DNA of 64,000 nt, taken from Macrostomum lignano (taxonomy: Eukaryota). The stretch covers positions 248,001-312,000 of the forward strand of contig NIVC01001185.1 in NCBI GenBank assembly GCA_002269645.1, given 5' to 3'. Each line of letters starts with the position of its first letter. Position 1 is the stretch's first letter. This document shows, piece by piece, positions 38,646 to 52,061 of this stretch. The notes below the pieces were generated by a model, which saw only the letters and a program-made list of their open reading frames with translations, had not been told where the DNA came from and searched no databases. The position numbers were made by a program, and so were the translations under genes.

Positions 38646-39242
38646 TGCAAACCATTCACTGGACAAGGTGAACAGACTCATGCACTTCTGATAAATTGTT
38701 TTCAAGCGAAGACTTCATTTAAAAGTTCACTCTATTGCACCTTTAAGCTCCTGGACACGTCATCACGTCAGAGCGTAATTGCCTGACTAACGTACTTGTG
38801 TCTTGTCAACAGTTACTGCAGATGCCTGACTAACGTACTTGTGTCTTGTCAACAGTTACTGCAGATTGACCGATATAATATGTAGTTTGTAGTGTAGTTG
38901 AACAACAATTTGCTTGAGCCATTAAATTGAAAGATTCTACCAACATTCAAGTAAGAGAGATACTTTTTAAAGTAGATTTTATTTTTCGTTTTTTTACAAT
39001 ATATAATATAGTAATAACAATTCACTACGACTGGCCTAATGGACAGACGTGCAACCGACAGCTCAGCCGCAGCTATTGCGCGGCGCATCTGAAGGCTGCG
39101 TACGGCTGTTCAGTCCAAGGACTGGGGGGGGGGTCGCCACACACAGCCTCAATTACCCCAGCTAATGCTGGCACCCATTTTACATCTGGTTAAACTGAAG
39201 CAATGCAGAGTAAAGTGTAGAGTCAAGGACACAAATTGTTCC

Positions 39243-39317
39243 GGGTGGGTCGAGAATCGAACCCCCAACTTTTTCAATCGCGAATCCGACGCTCTATCCC
39301 CTAGGCTACAACCCCTT
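39243..39317 (-). pseudogene. Degenerate tRNA-like sequence or tRNA-derived SINE head
   Basis: Minus strand GGGGTTG-TAGCCTAGGGGATAGAGC-GTCGGATTCGCGATTGAA...GGGGGTTCGATTCTC: A- and B-box-like motifs and tRNA length, but anticodon, T and acceptor stems pair poorly. Confidence 0.55.
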
Positions 39318-39653
39318 GTGTTAGTTTTTCAAATTTCTTTTAAGCTTTATCCCATATCAGCGGTTATATGCGTGCATTAACGATGTTACTGTGCTCTGAC
39401 TATAATTGATAGAGGTGGCTACTAAGAAAATAGAGTTTTGGTTGCTAGCTGTTAAAGTAAGCAGATCTGCTATAGTCATTGAAGAATATCAACTAATAGA
39501 ATAATCATTGACCTGTGCGAGTCCGATTGTGCTTACAATCATCAAGAGTAAACCTACAGAGTCATAACCGGAACTGAATCAGGTCGCAGTTTGATGATAG
39601 CAAAATCCAGTGAGCTTTCGTGCAAGCTGTCACTGAACAGGAACTACAGGAGC

Positions 39654-42600
39654 TCAGAGCTCTTCCACCTTTTCAACCGCAGTCGTCTCGGTGCTGCCGA
39701 TGTAGGAGTTCATCTCGGTGTTGACTGTCGTCCCGACAAATTTACCAGCAAACAGTGCCCGGAAAATGTAGAACAGTAGCTCCAGAAGTTCGCACAGGGT
39801 GAGTATTGAAACGCCACACCAGAGGCCCAGAATGCCTGCAATTGAAGTTAAAAAATCGCTGAGAGTTGAATGCAAGACATTCTAACACGGTACTATAATC
39901 TGAACATCATTTCAATTATGAGTACCTCCAAAGTCAGCCACTAAGTTCTTTGTGGGGTAGGCTTCCTCTTCAGAGATCTCCTGAATTGTGGCGCTCCACG
40001 CTTTGACTGTCAGCCAGGCGAGACGATTCTGAAGCGCCTCAAGTTCTGCGTCAAAGTTGAGCCTATCACTGGCTGTTTTATTTTCTGACGAAGACTCGGA
40101 GTAGCTCTGCACTTTCAGCAATACCTGATAGATATTAGCGAGGCCTCTCATACCGCTGATGCTGGTTCTATAGCCAAAGTTCGAGGCCAACTGTTTTATT
40201 AGCTCAATTGATTGGGCATTTTTTAAATTAGGCCACGAATAAGTGACGAATCTGGTACTGTAGTCATCTGTGCGGCACGGCGGCTGGCACATCTGGCTGC
40301 CTTCGAACTGGTAACGCTGTATCTGTGACACCTGTTCGTTGTAGCAGGTCTCAACAACTCGAGAGAAATTGCTAATGTCCTTGATGTCGAAACAGTTTTT
40401 GTACTTTGTGACTAAAGCCACTGGAATAGGTTGAAACGATGGTAAACACTTGCAGTAGTCGATAAACTTTTGCACAATGTAGGTGTTGATGCAGTCCTCT
40501 CGCTCAGAGACAAACTGCCTCTCGGAACCTTTTAAATCACTAAAATGGCAAATTAAGTACCTGTTCATCCTTTATTTCCAGTAAAGACTCGAACGATATG
40601 CAAATTCACTTACATTGTCCCTCCTTTTAATTCAGTCATCTCACGTAGCTTTGTCAGCTTTTCAGCCCAATCTGATGAGGCAATTACCGCCTTAGCTGCT
40701 CTCTCAATTCTGCAATTATAAAAATGTTTGATTACAAAAATCGAATACATAGATACACACGAGATCTACATGTTTGAGACTAGTTCACACAGCTCACTTT
40801 CCGCCATCATTTGATGAAGATAGATCCCAGGAAGGCAGTCGGTAACTATCCAGTTTTTCGGTCTCCTGACAAGGACTGGATTTAGTGGAGAGTCTTGAGT
40901 ACTTCTCAAACCTAAGCTGCACGTCCATGCGTTGAGCAGCCACTATCGCGATACTCCTGGACGCCCAGGGAAATTTCTTCTCCGGCACAATGATCGCCTG
41001 CGGTTTTAGAAACAGCAGAATGAACTCTTTGGCAAAAAGTTTGTAGAAGCATCGTTGAAAGAATTCCTTACATTTAGCGCCGTATTGCTGTCATCAGAGG
41101 ATGACATCACGCTGTCGTGAACAACTTGGTTGAGTTTTTCCATGCCAAATGGAAGCCGACCCTTGGAATCTGTCGAGTCGGTGAAGTACATGATTGACAG
41201 CTCACTATTCGCCAGCTGTGTACTTGTCATATTGGCGGTAAACTTTTGCTTTAGAAACTGGTGGCACATGCCAAGCTGGGGGTGCTCAAAATTCACAAAG
41301 TGCTCATTGGTGCACTTCTGGCCGGCGAAGCTGCAGCTGGCAAGTGCGATGCTGAGATCGCTGCCAAATTGACGAGCGAGCAGATGCCTGCCCACAGAGT
41401 CTCTGATGGCGCCTGGGACGCTGCGAAATTTCGAATCTGCGACAATGTTTTAAATTAAGTCTGAAATTAATTGTTTTGATCTCGGATTAATATAATATTA
41501 AACGTTCAAAACTCACAGCACAACGCTAAGTTACACGGCTCGAAGGCCATTTCGAAAAGAGTATGTTGAGAAATTTCTACGCGGTCAATGAAGCGAAGAG
41601 CGCGTTCCGGCAAGCAGGCGGGGACCTCAGACTCGAATGCTTTTTGACGCCTGAAATGAAATTGATTTATCGCATTTAGCCTTCTGTTGGAATTGTAAAA
41701 CAGATAAGATGCAGGATCCTCTGGCTCACTCGAAGTGGCTGTAGTTTTCATTCGCTATGTCCATCACTATGCTCACTGAGCGGCAGTAGTTGTCCGTATT
41801 CGTCTTGGCTACGTCTGGCGTTTCAATTTGCATTTTCAGTAGCCTCCCAACTCCTTAAATGTGAGTATTTTTGCAATCCATTTACCATATTCATTGGTTA
41901 TTGTTTTAGTTAGGCCGTATGAATAAAGTGAGCTTTAGTTCCCAAATCCTAACTTAGCATGACAAAAGCAACGCGCCATCGCGTTCCGTTTCTGCCCCAC
42001 TTCAATGCTCCTATGTCTATGGCCAAAAAGAGTACGCTGTATGAAATGGAAGTATATAAAGGAAAAGACAGTAACCTCAACGCTGTATGAAATGGAAGTA
42101 TATAAAGGAAAAGACAGTAACCTCAACAGGTGGCAGGAGGGAAGACATTGCAGATCTCGGATCAAAAATTTTGTTGAACAGGAGTGTCGCGAACTCAACG
42201 TCAACGAGCTTCTTGGTCTTCATGACATTGAGATGTCAGCGCGAACGGAAGTGTAGACTAAGTAAAACGGAACAGGATAGTGTTCAATGCATTTGAGTGC
42301 ACATAGAAGGCAATGCTGACTGCGTTATTAATATTGAACTTTTTGTATAATTGCTATTGTGTGTAACTGTTGGTCCGTTCGACGATGCGTGGATTGTCTA
42401 TAAATACAATGGCTTGTTGTAGACAGTTGTCTATGGTAAAAAGTCTGGCTTGTTGTAGACAGTTGTCTATGGTAAAAAGTCTGGCTTGTTGTAGACAGTT
42501 GTCTATGGTAAAAAGTCTGGCTTGTTGTAGACAGTTGTCTATGGTAAAAAGTCTGGCTTGTTGTAGACAGTTGTCTATGGTAAAAAGTCTGGCTTGTTGT

Positions 42601-45600
42601 AGACAGTTGTCTATGGTAAAAACTCTGGCTTGTTGTAGACAGTTGTCTATGGTAAAAAGCCCGGCAGCAAAGGATTGAAGAGGGTGGAAATATACGAATC
42701 CAAACTTGCAATCGATGGTCAGATTCTCGTTAAAGACAGAGAGCCAGCTTAACTCAATAAAGCGACTTTGCACGCATAAAGTGAACCTTCAGTTGACGGC
42801 AGCAGCATACCAGGGAATTAGCAACAGAATTCGGTGCTCAGTCATCATTTATGACATCAATTCATAAACTATATCTCAATTCCGCTCAGAGTCTGAGAAG
42901 TTTGACAACTCAGAGAAGTAATTGATCCCTTTATTCATACGGCCTATTTCATTTTACACTATGTAATTAATTCTTCTGCATCATATTTCGCACCGCGGCT
43001 TCTCATGCTCTGCTCTTGAATGCTGAACAGACGGCCCCAGGCAACGCAGTCCCTTCCAGGAAGCGTGTCGTTCTGCCAACCGGTGTACATCGACATTCGC
43101 TGCCGTTCCGCCGACTCGGAGCTGGAGCTCACGATACAGTCGTAGTTTTTGGATATGGCTATAATTATAAAAACAGAAACGGGCTGCAAGGATTAGTACA
43201 GCAAACATTAGAGAAGGTAAAATATTTGCTAGAAATTGGCATCCGCCACGTTTACACACTGAAACTACTAGACTGAGCACTCAACCGATTAAATTTCCGG
43301 CCAACCAGTTTCGCTCAGTTGGTCAATAAGCGAATGCAAGCTTAAGTTTATTTGATCAACACGATCGCTTTTAGTAACTATGGAAATAGCAACGGTAGCC
43401 CCGATCGATATATGGTAAATTTAACAGCCGAAACATGGATAAAATTTAACGGTTATGAGCGTATTTGATCGGTGAAAGCTCCAAATTGAAACCAAATATT
43501 CCAAATTCTTTACTCTGGGTGTTCTTATTTTTCCAACTGTGGTGTTTCAGAGGAATTTTATGGGAATTGGAGGGGCCGCAGCCCTTTCGTGTGGTGGTTG
43601 GCGACCCTGTCTGTCTCTTGGTGGGCGCCCCTGTCTCTTGGTGGGCGCCCCTGTTTCTTGGTGGGCTGGGCGCCCCTGTCTCTTGGTTAGCGCCCCTGTC
43701 TCTTGGTTAGCGCCCCTGTCTCTTGGTTAGCGCCCCTGTCTCTTGGTTAGCGCCCCTGTCTCTTGGTTAGCGCCCCTGTCTCTTGGTGGGCGCCCCTGTC
43801 TCTTGGTGGGCGCCCCTGTCTCTTGGTGGGCGCTCCTGTCTCTTGGTGGGCACCCCTGTCTCTTGGTGGGCGCCCCTGTCTGTCTCTTGGTGGGCGCCCC
43901 TGTCTCTTGGTGGGCGCCCCTGTCTGTCTCTTGGTGGGCGCCCCTGTCTGTCTCTTGGTGGGCGCCCCTGTCTCTTGGTGGGCGCTCCTGTCTCTTGGTG
44001 GGCACCCCTGTCTCTTGGTGGGCGCCCCTGTCTGTCTCTTGGTGGGCGCCCCTGTCTCTTGGTGGGCGCCCCTGTCTGTCTCTTGGTGGGCGCCCCTGTC
44101 TGTCTCTTGGTGGGCGCCCCTGTCTCTTGGTGGGCGCTCCTGTCTCTTGGTGGGCGCCCCTGTTTCTTGGTGGGCTGGACGCCCCTGTCTCTTGGTTAGC
44201 GTCCCTGTCTGCCTCTTGGTGGGCGCCCCTGTCTCTTGGTTAGCGCCCCTGTCTCTTAGTGGATGCCCCTATCTCTTAGTGGGCACCCCTACCCCGGTGG
44301 ATTCCCGTTCAAGTTTTGTCAAAAGTTGAGCTCCTGTCATTCGTCGGGCTTGTTTACCACTTTCGTTTAGATTTTGGAGAAGCCCCACTGCTTTAGGGCG
44401 CGCCCCGATGGCCACCCTGCAAACGCCATTGATTTTTTCCTGTATATTGAATGGGTCTACGATAACTGCCTTCCATTCCTCCCCCTGAAATACGATACTG
44501 AGCAATAAAATAAACCAAGAAATTTTATTAGTGCTGCATTTTAGAAGTCATAAATTCATATTGCACAATTTACACTTTTTATAGCTAGATGTGGTAATTA
44601 ATAGAGTACCCAGGCTTACCATTTTTTCAGAAAATGTTCTGTAAAATATGCCTTTTAGAAGCTAGTCATTATTGTTATTATCTGGGATGCTCTGTGTAAA
44701 ACCTGGGATTTCCGGCTTTTCCGGCTTTTGATAGTCAGATTTGCACTTCTCTATTGAACTATTAATTAATTCATGTCGGCAAAACTACAAAAAATTCTTG
44801 AATATACAAGAACAAAATTTATATTTTCAGGTGTTGATTAACTTCACTACTTATGTTTGAGCGGTAGCGAATAATGATTCTCGATATCAGTATTTGTTAA
44901 ATATTATCGCTGTAGCATTTCTGGCAGTCTAATTTGAACAGGTGCAACCTTATCGATTTAAGGCGTTCTCAAACTCACGACAGTAAGGTATGTCGCACAA
45001 TGCAGCATTCAGCCTGCCGCTCTCATCGTCCGTAAAAAAGCAATAAGGCCCGTCTGAAAATGCCGCTAAGTTGCTGAAGTTTTCGATGTGCATAGGCTGG
45101 CTGTCTGGAATCAAATCAAAGATTTGAGCGTGAGCAATTTCTTTATTAGATTAGTAAGTTACTGTGAAATTGGACTTGCCGACATCCCGGATCTGCAGGA
45201 TGACGGCAATGCTACTGTCTGAACCGCAGGTCTGTAGGCGGCTGTTGGCGCACGGTGATGTACAGTTTGTTCGACTGCTGTTGTCAACGCCGTCCAATCG
45301 TCCGCACAGACAGTCGCCACCGGTCACGAGAGCCGCATAAGGGAAATTGTAGCGATCGCAGCACTCGGCGCAGGTCTCATGCGCTTCGATGCCGTTTCTG
45401 TAGCAGGTGAAGTTGAATGCAGCCGCGGTCGCTGCATCAGTCACGGGGAAGCAACCGATCTGTTGAAGCTTAGGACCTAAAGCGAGTAGGAAAAAGTTGT
45501 TCAGAAAGCACCCGGATATTAACAGTATTAACAGTAAGAGTATACCAAACCATTTTTAGAAAATTCTTCGTGCTTTAACAATTACTTGATTGCTAGCAAA

Positions 45601-46946
45601 CTTTTTGTTGGGCAGCCTCTCTAACAAGAATCAAGTCGCCAGCCCTCCGGACCGTTAAGGCATTCAACAGTTCAGCAAGAAGATCGGATTTTGCATCAGA
45701 GCAGCCTTGGCAAGCCTCTAAATTTCATCAGAACGTCGACCAAATGTGTTTGTATCAGCTCTGACTTCGCAGGTCACTGGATTTCACCCAGGCGGCGCTT
45801 CTGGGAGGTAACACCTGGTGACCATGGACATCTCATTGCGAATTTCTCTGATGTCTCTGATCAAGCCTCGACAATGGTCAAACCTCTACTGGTAGGTATC
45901 CGCAGTTAGTCTCTTAAACATTCAGCCATCGACAGACGCCAGACCCAGACGCCATCGACACTTTCAACCGGGGGGCTGGATTCCCCCTATGATAGTTCTA
46001 CTGTTAATTAACCTAAGAGGTTTTGTTGAATTACTTACGAGTTGCTTTGTGTAGAAACGTCAATAGAGGTAAACCAGGAGGAGAGCGGCATCGAGTCTCA
46101 TTGTCCGAGAAGTTAAGAGACAGCAGGCTCGCAGCCAGGCTGGCCTCGCCTCTGCTCTGCAGCATCCGAGCTGCATCGTTCCATCTCATACACGGCGTCC
46201 TAGTGATGTAGGGCTTTAAACTCGGGACAGCTGTGTAGTTAAAGTACCTTGTGTCGTTGAAGTCCAGCCGAACTGTTGAGTACCCGTATACCACAGCCGA
46301 GCTGACGTTGCCTGTGTAATCATTGCCAGTGAGACTAGTTCGGCAATCCAAATCTTGGCCTACGGTGTTCAATGGAATTTTTCTAAAAGTTAGTCGTACT
46401 GACAACAATAATAGTTTATAATAAGCAACTTTTATTAATTATGTTAAACTTGCCGTTAAGAGGCACCTGTAACGACTTCATCAGCGATTCCTCGGTGCTT
46501 TGAATGACATCTAGAAATGCTTTGGTCGGCTCGTTCAGTACAGAATCAGTTTTTTTAGATAGATCAAAACTGTAGAATTCGATTTTTTCGCTTGTGTTCT
46601 TCTTAGTAAGATGCTCCATGTTCTCAATATTGAAGGTTGTCAACTTTTCTACCATGCGACTGGCCGTGATGGCCCGCGTGGGACAGATGTACACATCCGG
46701 GAACTGGAACTTTAACGAGGACATGCTCATGCTGGTCATCACTGGGGCCTGAAGGAACCTTTCAAACAAAGTGGACAGGTGGTACGCAAACCCGCTGTAG
46801 GTGCCTAGCAGGAATAGGACCCAGATGAGCCTGCCAACTTGGCTGGACTGCTCAGAGAATCTGCCAAGTCCGTGAGCAGTTGTGTAGCCACAGAAACTGT
46901 TCACTGGTGCGCTCAGCTTCCGTGATGAGGAGTTGTAGCTACTCAT
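39654..46946 (-). CDS. DEG/ENaC (amiloride-sensitive Na channel) subunit with kringle-like and WSC modules in the ectodomain, ~1000 aa, ~11 exons
   Basis: Exon 1 (46946 to 46467 or 46454): TTAHG, TM1, FPDVYIC. Module exons ~46359-46039, 45476 to 45180/45163, 44484-44358 (tentative), 43158-42994, 41853-41730, 41650-41517. Then 41436-41072 (SCSFAGQKC, LGMCHQF), 40997-40798, 40539-39926 (Cys-rich thumb, CQPPC, YSWP, LVADFGG) and 39835-39654 (ILGLWCGVSILT, GxS filter, TM2). Phases agree from 43158 to the stop; the joins at exons 1-4 are ambiguous. Confidence 0.88.
42033..42128. repeat. Local tandem duplication of ~46 bp
   Basis: CGCTGTATGAAATGGAAGTATATAAAGGAAAAGACAGTAACCTCAA occurs twice head to tail. 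Confidence 0.9.
42410..42660. repeat. 36-bp minisatellite (ATGGTAAAAAGTCTGGCTTGTTGTAGACAGTTGTCT) in an ENaC intron
   Basis: About 7 copies, each with the TAGACAGTTGTCTA hairpin. Confidence 0.95.
43600..44290. repeat. 20/24-bp minisatellite (GGGCGCCCCTGTCTCTTGGT family) in an ENaC intron
   Basis: Over 30 copies; same unit as 16515-16800. Confidence 0.95.
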
Positions 46947-49866
46947 GGCTAGTGGTGTGTTTTTTGGTTGGGCCTGACGGTGTAAAAAATGTTTAAGCTG
47001 CAGCCGTTTAAGCTCAGCTAAAAGAATAGCTGAGAATATTTGCGTCAGTATCGAGAATTTAAGTCAAAGCACTTTTTCGTCCGTTTTCTGCTGAAATAGA
47101 CTGCGTGGAATATAATAGCTTGTTCAGAAACGGCTGAGCCAATACAATTCATGTGTGCCCAGAAACGGACTGTTTCCTGTACCTGCAGCCTCGTAAAGTC
47201 CTCAACTAGTTCTGTCTACCGTGTACGCTGAAATTAATTTGGAAAATGAGATTGACAGAATGCATGTTTACATTTACCAAACATATTACTTTGTCAGTAG
47301 AAACTTCAGTGCCTGTACATGAACAACTGAAGTACCAGGACGCTACAAGTACACTCGATTTCTTAGATGTGATCTGGAGGCCGGTAAGGAGAGTGTATTT
47401 GCCGTATCGCCAGTGCATTTAGTATGCTCTCGAGAGAACGCATAGCTATGAATGAGGTTCGTCGTATTCTTTTTTGTGCCTTTGCAATTCACATAAATAT
47501 ACTCGTACAGAACATCGCGATGGCAATTCCGGAAACTTTGCGCATTCTCAGAAACATCGATAATGATCGTTATTTACGCAATTTGGTCTTTAAAAAAGAT
47601 TCCGTTTGCAATGATTTACATCGCATCATCCAATAAACTATATACAGTGCTTATTTATTATGTCATAAGTCACACTGCACCTGACTTATAAAGGTCAGTA
47701 TTTGTACCTATATTTTTTCTGATAGGAAAATATACACAAAAACAATCCGAAATATACAGAGTGCAATGCTGAATGCCAAAATTCTGTAGCTACGCTTTAA
47801 ACTTCCAGCAACTGAAAACTCCGTCCAGGAGACCTTTATCGAGAATATGGAGAGTCAACTTCACATCTAACGCCGATTTGATCAGATATCAGGATAAAAA
47901 AGAAAAATTTTAGGACCTTGTATACATGTAAGTCTGGTTGTCTGTCATAGCTTCATGAAAAAGTGCGTCTCTTTCACAAACGCGGAATTTCACAACTGCA
48001 AACCTTCAAAACCGCTAAATCGCCTACTTTAATAAGCGCTATAAATTTCATAAATGCGAAACTTCACAACCGCGAAACTTCATAACCGCAAAACTTCAAC
48101 TTCACAACCGCTAAAAAGACTTCGGTTGTTTAAGTTTCGCGTTTATGAAAGCAAGTGCTTTTAGCGGTCGTGAAATTTCGCTTTTGTGAAACCCACCCCA
48201 TGAATTCATCACAATTCCATCTTGACACCAAGGCTCAAGAAGGAGTTGCTGAGATTCCACGGTTAAGAGGGGTTACCGATATTTTAGGCTATAGATTTTT
48301 TCTATCATGTCGACTGGTAATTCTCGATACAAGGTGCTAATACTAGTTATTTTGCTAAATTTATCATAAAATTTCGTTCATGATTAAAACCCTGTTGTCT
48401 GCAGATATTTGAGTATATGTTAGCTGTAAGCTCATTGAATTGCCGAAAAATCTGGTTTTGAAAAGTCCCATGCGCTTTAAACAACCAGCTTCATCAAATA
48501 TCGCCATAAAATCCGCTATAAAACCTGGCAAGAAGGATAGTGAAAATTTTCTGTAACAAAAATTAATGTTGTTTATTCTAAGCAAAAAATCTGGTGTTGT
48601 GAATTAAACTAGAATCAAGGCCTGTGCGTTACCTGATAGACTGGTGGCCTGGACAAACTTGGAACCGCTCTGATAAGGGGTTATTGCTCAGATTTTACTG
48701 TCAGCGCCAGTCAGAAGCTGAGCGTCAGTCACTCAATAGCAGCCACGGTGCTTCCGGTTGCCCTATCTGTTTACGCAAGCAATCTCATAAGATAATTGAA
48801 TTAGGCGGAGTGGAATAAAAGTCTATTTTGTATAGACATCATTAAAGGGAAGTAAACAGTGTTCTCTGTTTTTATGCCATAACAATATTTTGGGTGAAGC
48901 GGAGACTTTTAATAATTAATATAAATAAGTACTCTGCTACTAAAAGCAATTTTATATGCCACCCACCCCACCAGGATCAGTTAGTGGGAGCCATATACCC
49001 CACGAAATCATTTACTGGTAGCCATATACCCGACCAGGTCATTCAGTGGTAGTCTTACGACCCACCAAAGTACTTCAGTGGTAATTCTATGAATAATCCG
49101 TGTGGACATTTCAACACACTGCAATGAAAAATCATTGTTCTTATGGCTTGGGAGATGCAAACACACTGTATGATTTCCACGTGAGTGAGGCATTCAATTG
49201 AAGCCTGCAACAATAGACTGAAAAGGCAGTGTGTACATACTCGTACTCGTGCATGGGCTTCAATAAGCCTCGTAAATAATTTCCCAATTCTCTATTGTTG
49301 TTGCTGCTGCCACTAGACTGGAAAAAAATTGATCAACACAAAAGCTACGGCACCATTGGGAAGATGTGCCGGTCATGTGAGCCGCTTAGAAAGAGGAGAG
49401 AGAGAGAGCAGGAGAGTATAATCAAAGAAAAAAATTGGTTGAAAAGCGCGGTTTTGTCGGAAGGGTAAAAACAATGGGACATGTAGTTTCTGAGCTCTCA
49501 GCTAGGTGCCCAGAAGAGGACGCTGGGAAAAAGGCGGCTGCATGAGGTGGGATGTGGAGACTCCCAAATGGAGAGAGTTTGGAGAAATTGGAGAGGGGAA
49601 GAGAAATGGGCTGGGAATAAAATATGAAAATACAGGGAGAATTGATGGTTAATGCTGGGTTTGGCAAACGGACGAACAATGAGAAAGTGGTGGAGATTTA
49701 TGATAGGTTCAGAGAAATAAAAAGGTGAATATCCACATCACACAGGCGTTCCTATTGGTCCTGATCTAAGAAAATCGCAGTATAAATTATTATTAAGATT
49801 TTTATTAGTGACCAGGTGTTTCAAGGGTTAGTGTTCCAGGAGTAACTAATTCAATTGCTGATAACA

Positions 49867-50197
49867 ATGACTCTAATCACCCGGCTTCTTTTTCTTAGTT
49901 GCTCGCTGTCTGTCTCCATGGCAGCCCTGACAATTGTATGCGAAAATGATACAATGACGGCCGACTGCGCAACCCAGGTGATATCCGTTTCCATAGCAAC
50001 ATTCGGCAAGTCGAGCATGTTCTCCGCCTCGTGTCCGAACCAGTCGCCGACTGAGTGCAACAGCGGCACCGCCTACGGGCTGATCAGCGACGCCTGCGAG
50101 GGCCAGAACAGCTGCTCGATGGCCGCGAGTAAAGCACTGTTTGGCGATCCGTGTCCCGGATACGAGAGCTACATGGTGCTGTATTACAGCTGTACAG
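49867..50197 (+). CDS. Signal peptide plus SUEL/rhamnose-galactose-binding lectin exon (predicted exon 1 of a lectin-GPCR fusion)
   Basis: MTLITRLLFLSCSLSVSMA then CENDTMTADC...ATFGKS...SCP...EC...DACEGQNSC...LFGDPCPG...YYSC; no in-exon stop before the phase-1 donor G|GTGAGG at 50197/50198. Confidence 0.88.
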
Positions 50198-50274
50198 GTG
50201 AGGCGTTGAGGTTTCAACAGTACAACAGATCGATTTTCAAACGGGTGCCATTTTTTATTCGGTCCTTTTTCTTC

Positions 50275-50715
50275 ATGGTTGGACTGTCAGTTCCTCAGTT
50301 TGACTGGCACGGAATGAAAGTCCTTCATCACAGTGGGACTGTCAGTTCCTCAGTTTGACTGGCACGGAATGAAAGTCCTTCATCACAGTGGGACTGTCAG
50401 TTCCTCAGTTTGACTGGCACGGAATGAAAGTCCTTCATCACAGTGGGACTGTCAGTTCCTCAGTTTGACTGGCACGGAATGAAAGTCCTTCATCACAGTG
50501 GGACTGTCAGTTCCTCAGTTTGACTGGCACGGAATGAAAGTCCTTCATCACAGTGGGACTGTCAGTTCCTCAGTTTGACTGGCACGGAATGAAAGTCCTT
50601 CATCACAGTGGGACTGTCAGTTCCTCAGTTTGACTGGCACGGAATGAAAGTCCTTCATCACAGTGGGACTGTCAGTTCCTCAGTTTAACTGGCGCGGAAT
50701 GAAATTCCTTCATCA
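50275..50715. repeat. 55-bp minisatellite (~8 near-identical copies) in the lectin-GPCR intron
   Basis: Unit GGACTGTCAGTTCCTCAGTTTGACTGGCACGGAATGAAAGTCCTTCATCACAGTG. Confidence 0.97.
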
Positions 50716-52061
50716 CAATTAGAGTTAAGCTTTATAATATGAATCCGTAAAGTGCAAGTTTGCTGCAAAGGTAAGTACAAAGGTAGGTCATAAAGTCTGC
50801 TTAGTCTATTTAAAATTAGACTATCAAAACTCACTACAGACAGACAAATTCCTCTGCTGAATTCTGTCAAAGTACATTGTATGCATAATGAATTTTACCT
50901 GTTAGCAATCCTAGCACGTAATCTTTTAATTACGATACTGAATTTTCAAGTCTTTCCAAGACACTTATTTTTACCTGACATGTTGAAAAATTCGAAGTAA
51001 CTCAACGATGCTGAAGTCAGTAATTCTTTTATTTAAACAAATACACGATCACGATCGTTGCTGTGAAAGCAATCGACACGTTGGATAGTAGAACACTCGA
51101 TCTATTATGGTTTGATTTTGAACAGCACCGTAAAAAAACCTGTTCACCCGTGTCACTTTTCGAAGTTGACACAAAAGATTCCACGATTCCACTATATATC
51201 TGTTTGGTGATTGGTCCTATACTTAGAATATGTAAAGTGTAAAGTGTAAAGTGTACAGTAAGAAAAAAGTCACTCAATTATCGGCACAAACTCGGTCTAG
51301 GCCTACGAAGGATCAGTAAAAGTCCTTACAAAACTTATCTATCTAGCGGCGCCATTGTAACATTTTTGTGTCGACTAGAAAACAATTGCTGACATGACAG
51401 CTGCAGTGTGGAAATAACCGCGTGCATGATCATGTTTTTTGAGTCGAAATTTTTTGATAAGACTGAGTCAGAGCCATTACAGGAAAACTTGTAAATTTTT
51501 ACCAAAGATAAGGGTAGCGACGCGACCAAGGCAATCAAATACTCGTACATGTATAGCTCATTTTGCTTTTTTAGGCGGGCTCTATTGATATATACATTGT
51601 CGCTAGTAGTAGCTCCGTACATCAAAGGTTGCTCATGATAGTATTTGAATTTCATTCCTTATATGTATTTGATGCTAGTAAGTTAGCCAACTAAATCACA
51701 CTGCGTTGCCGAATTAAAAGTGAACAGTGAATTTACGAGCTGTATTGTCGCAAGTTGATTGGCTTCAATTAACTACCTGTACATTTTATTGCCCTCTCGA
51801 TAAACCATTTACCTGCGAAAGATTTTTTTCTGCGTACATAATATAGTGAGCACTGGACCCGCCGTGGCCTTCTCTGCTCGGTCTTATCTCCCCCCTTCAC
51901 AGTCTGTCTCCAAACTAACCCCAGTTAGTCTCTCCAGCCGCGTGCAGAGTAACAAGTGCAAACTTCATAGCTAGATTTTTTCTATCTATTATAAACCCGC
52001 AAGCTAAGAGAAGTAACAAACTTTTCAGAGGCTCGTATAGTTTAGAGTTTTGTTTTACCAG

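Noticed and set aside
39243-39317. Functional tRNA gene
   Set aside because: Anticodon, T and acceptor stems have multiple mismatches; kept only as a relic.
47975-48190. Degenerate inverted-repeat element (TTCACAACCGC / GCGGTCGTGAA motifs)
   Set aside because: Arms are too imperfect to define termini or a TSD by eye.
50275-50715. 55-bp repeat as a CRISPR array or structured RNA array
   Set aside because: Units are contiguous and identical with no spacers; an ordinary intronic minisatellite.
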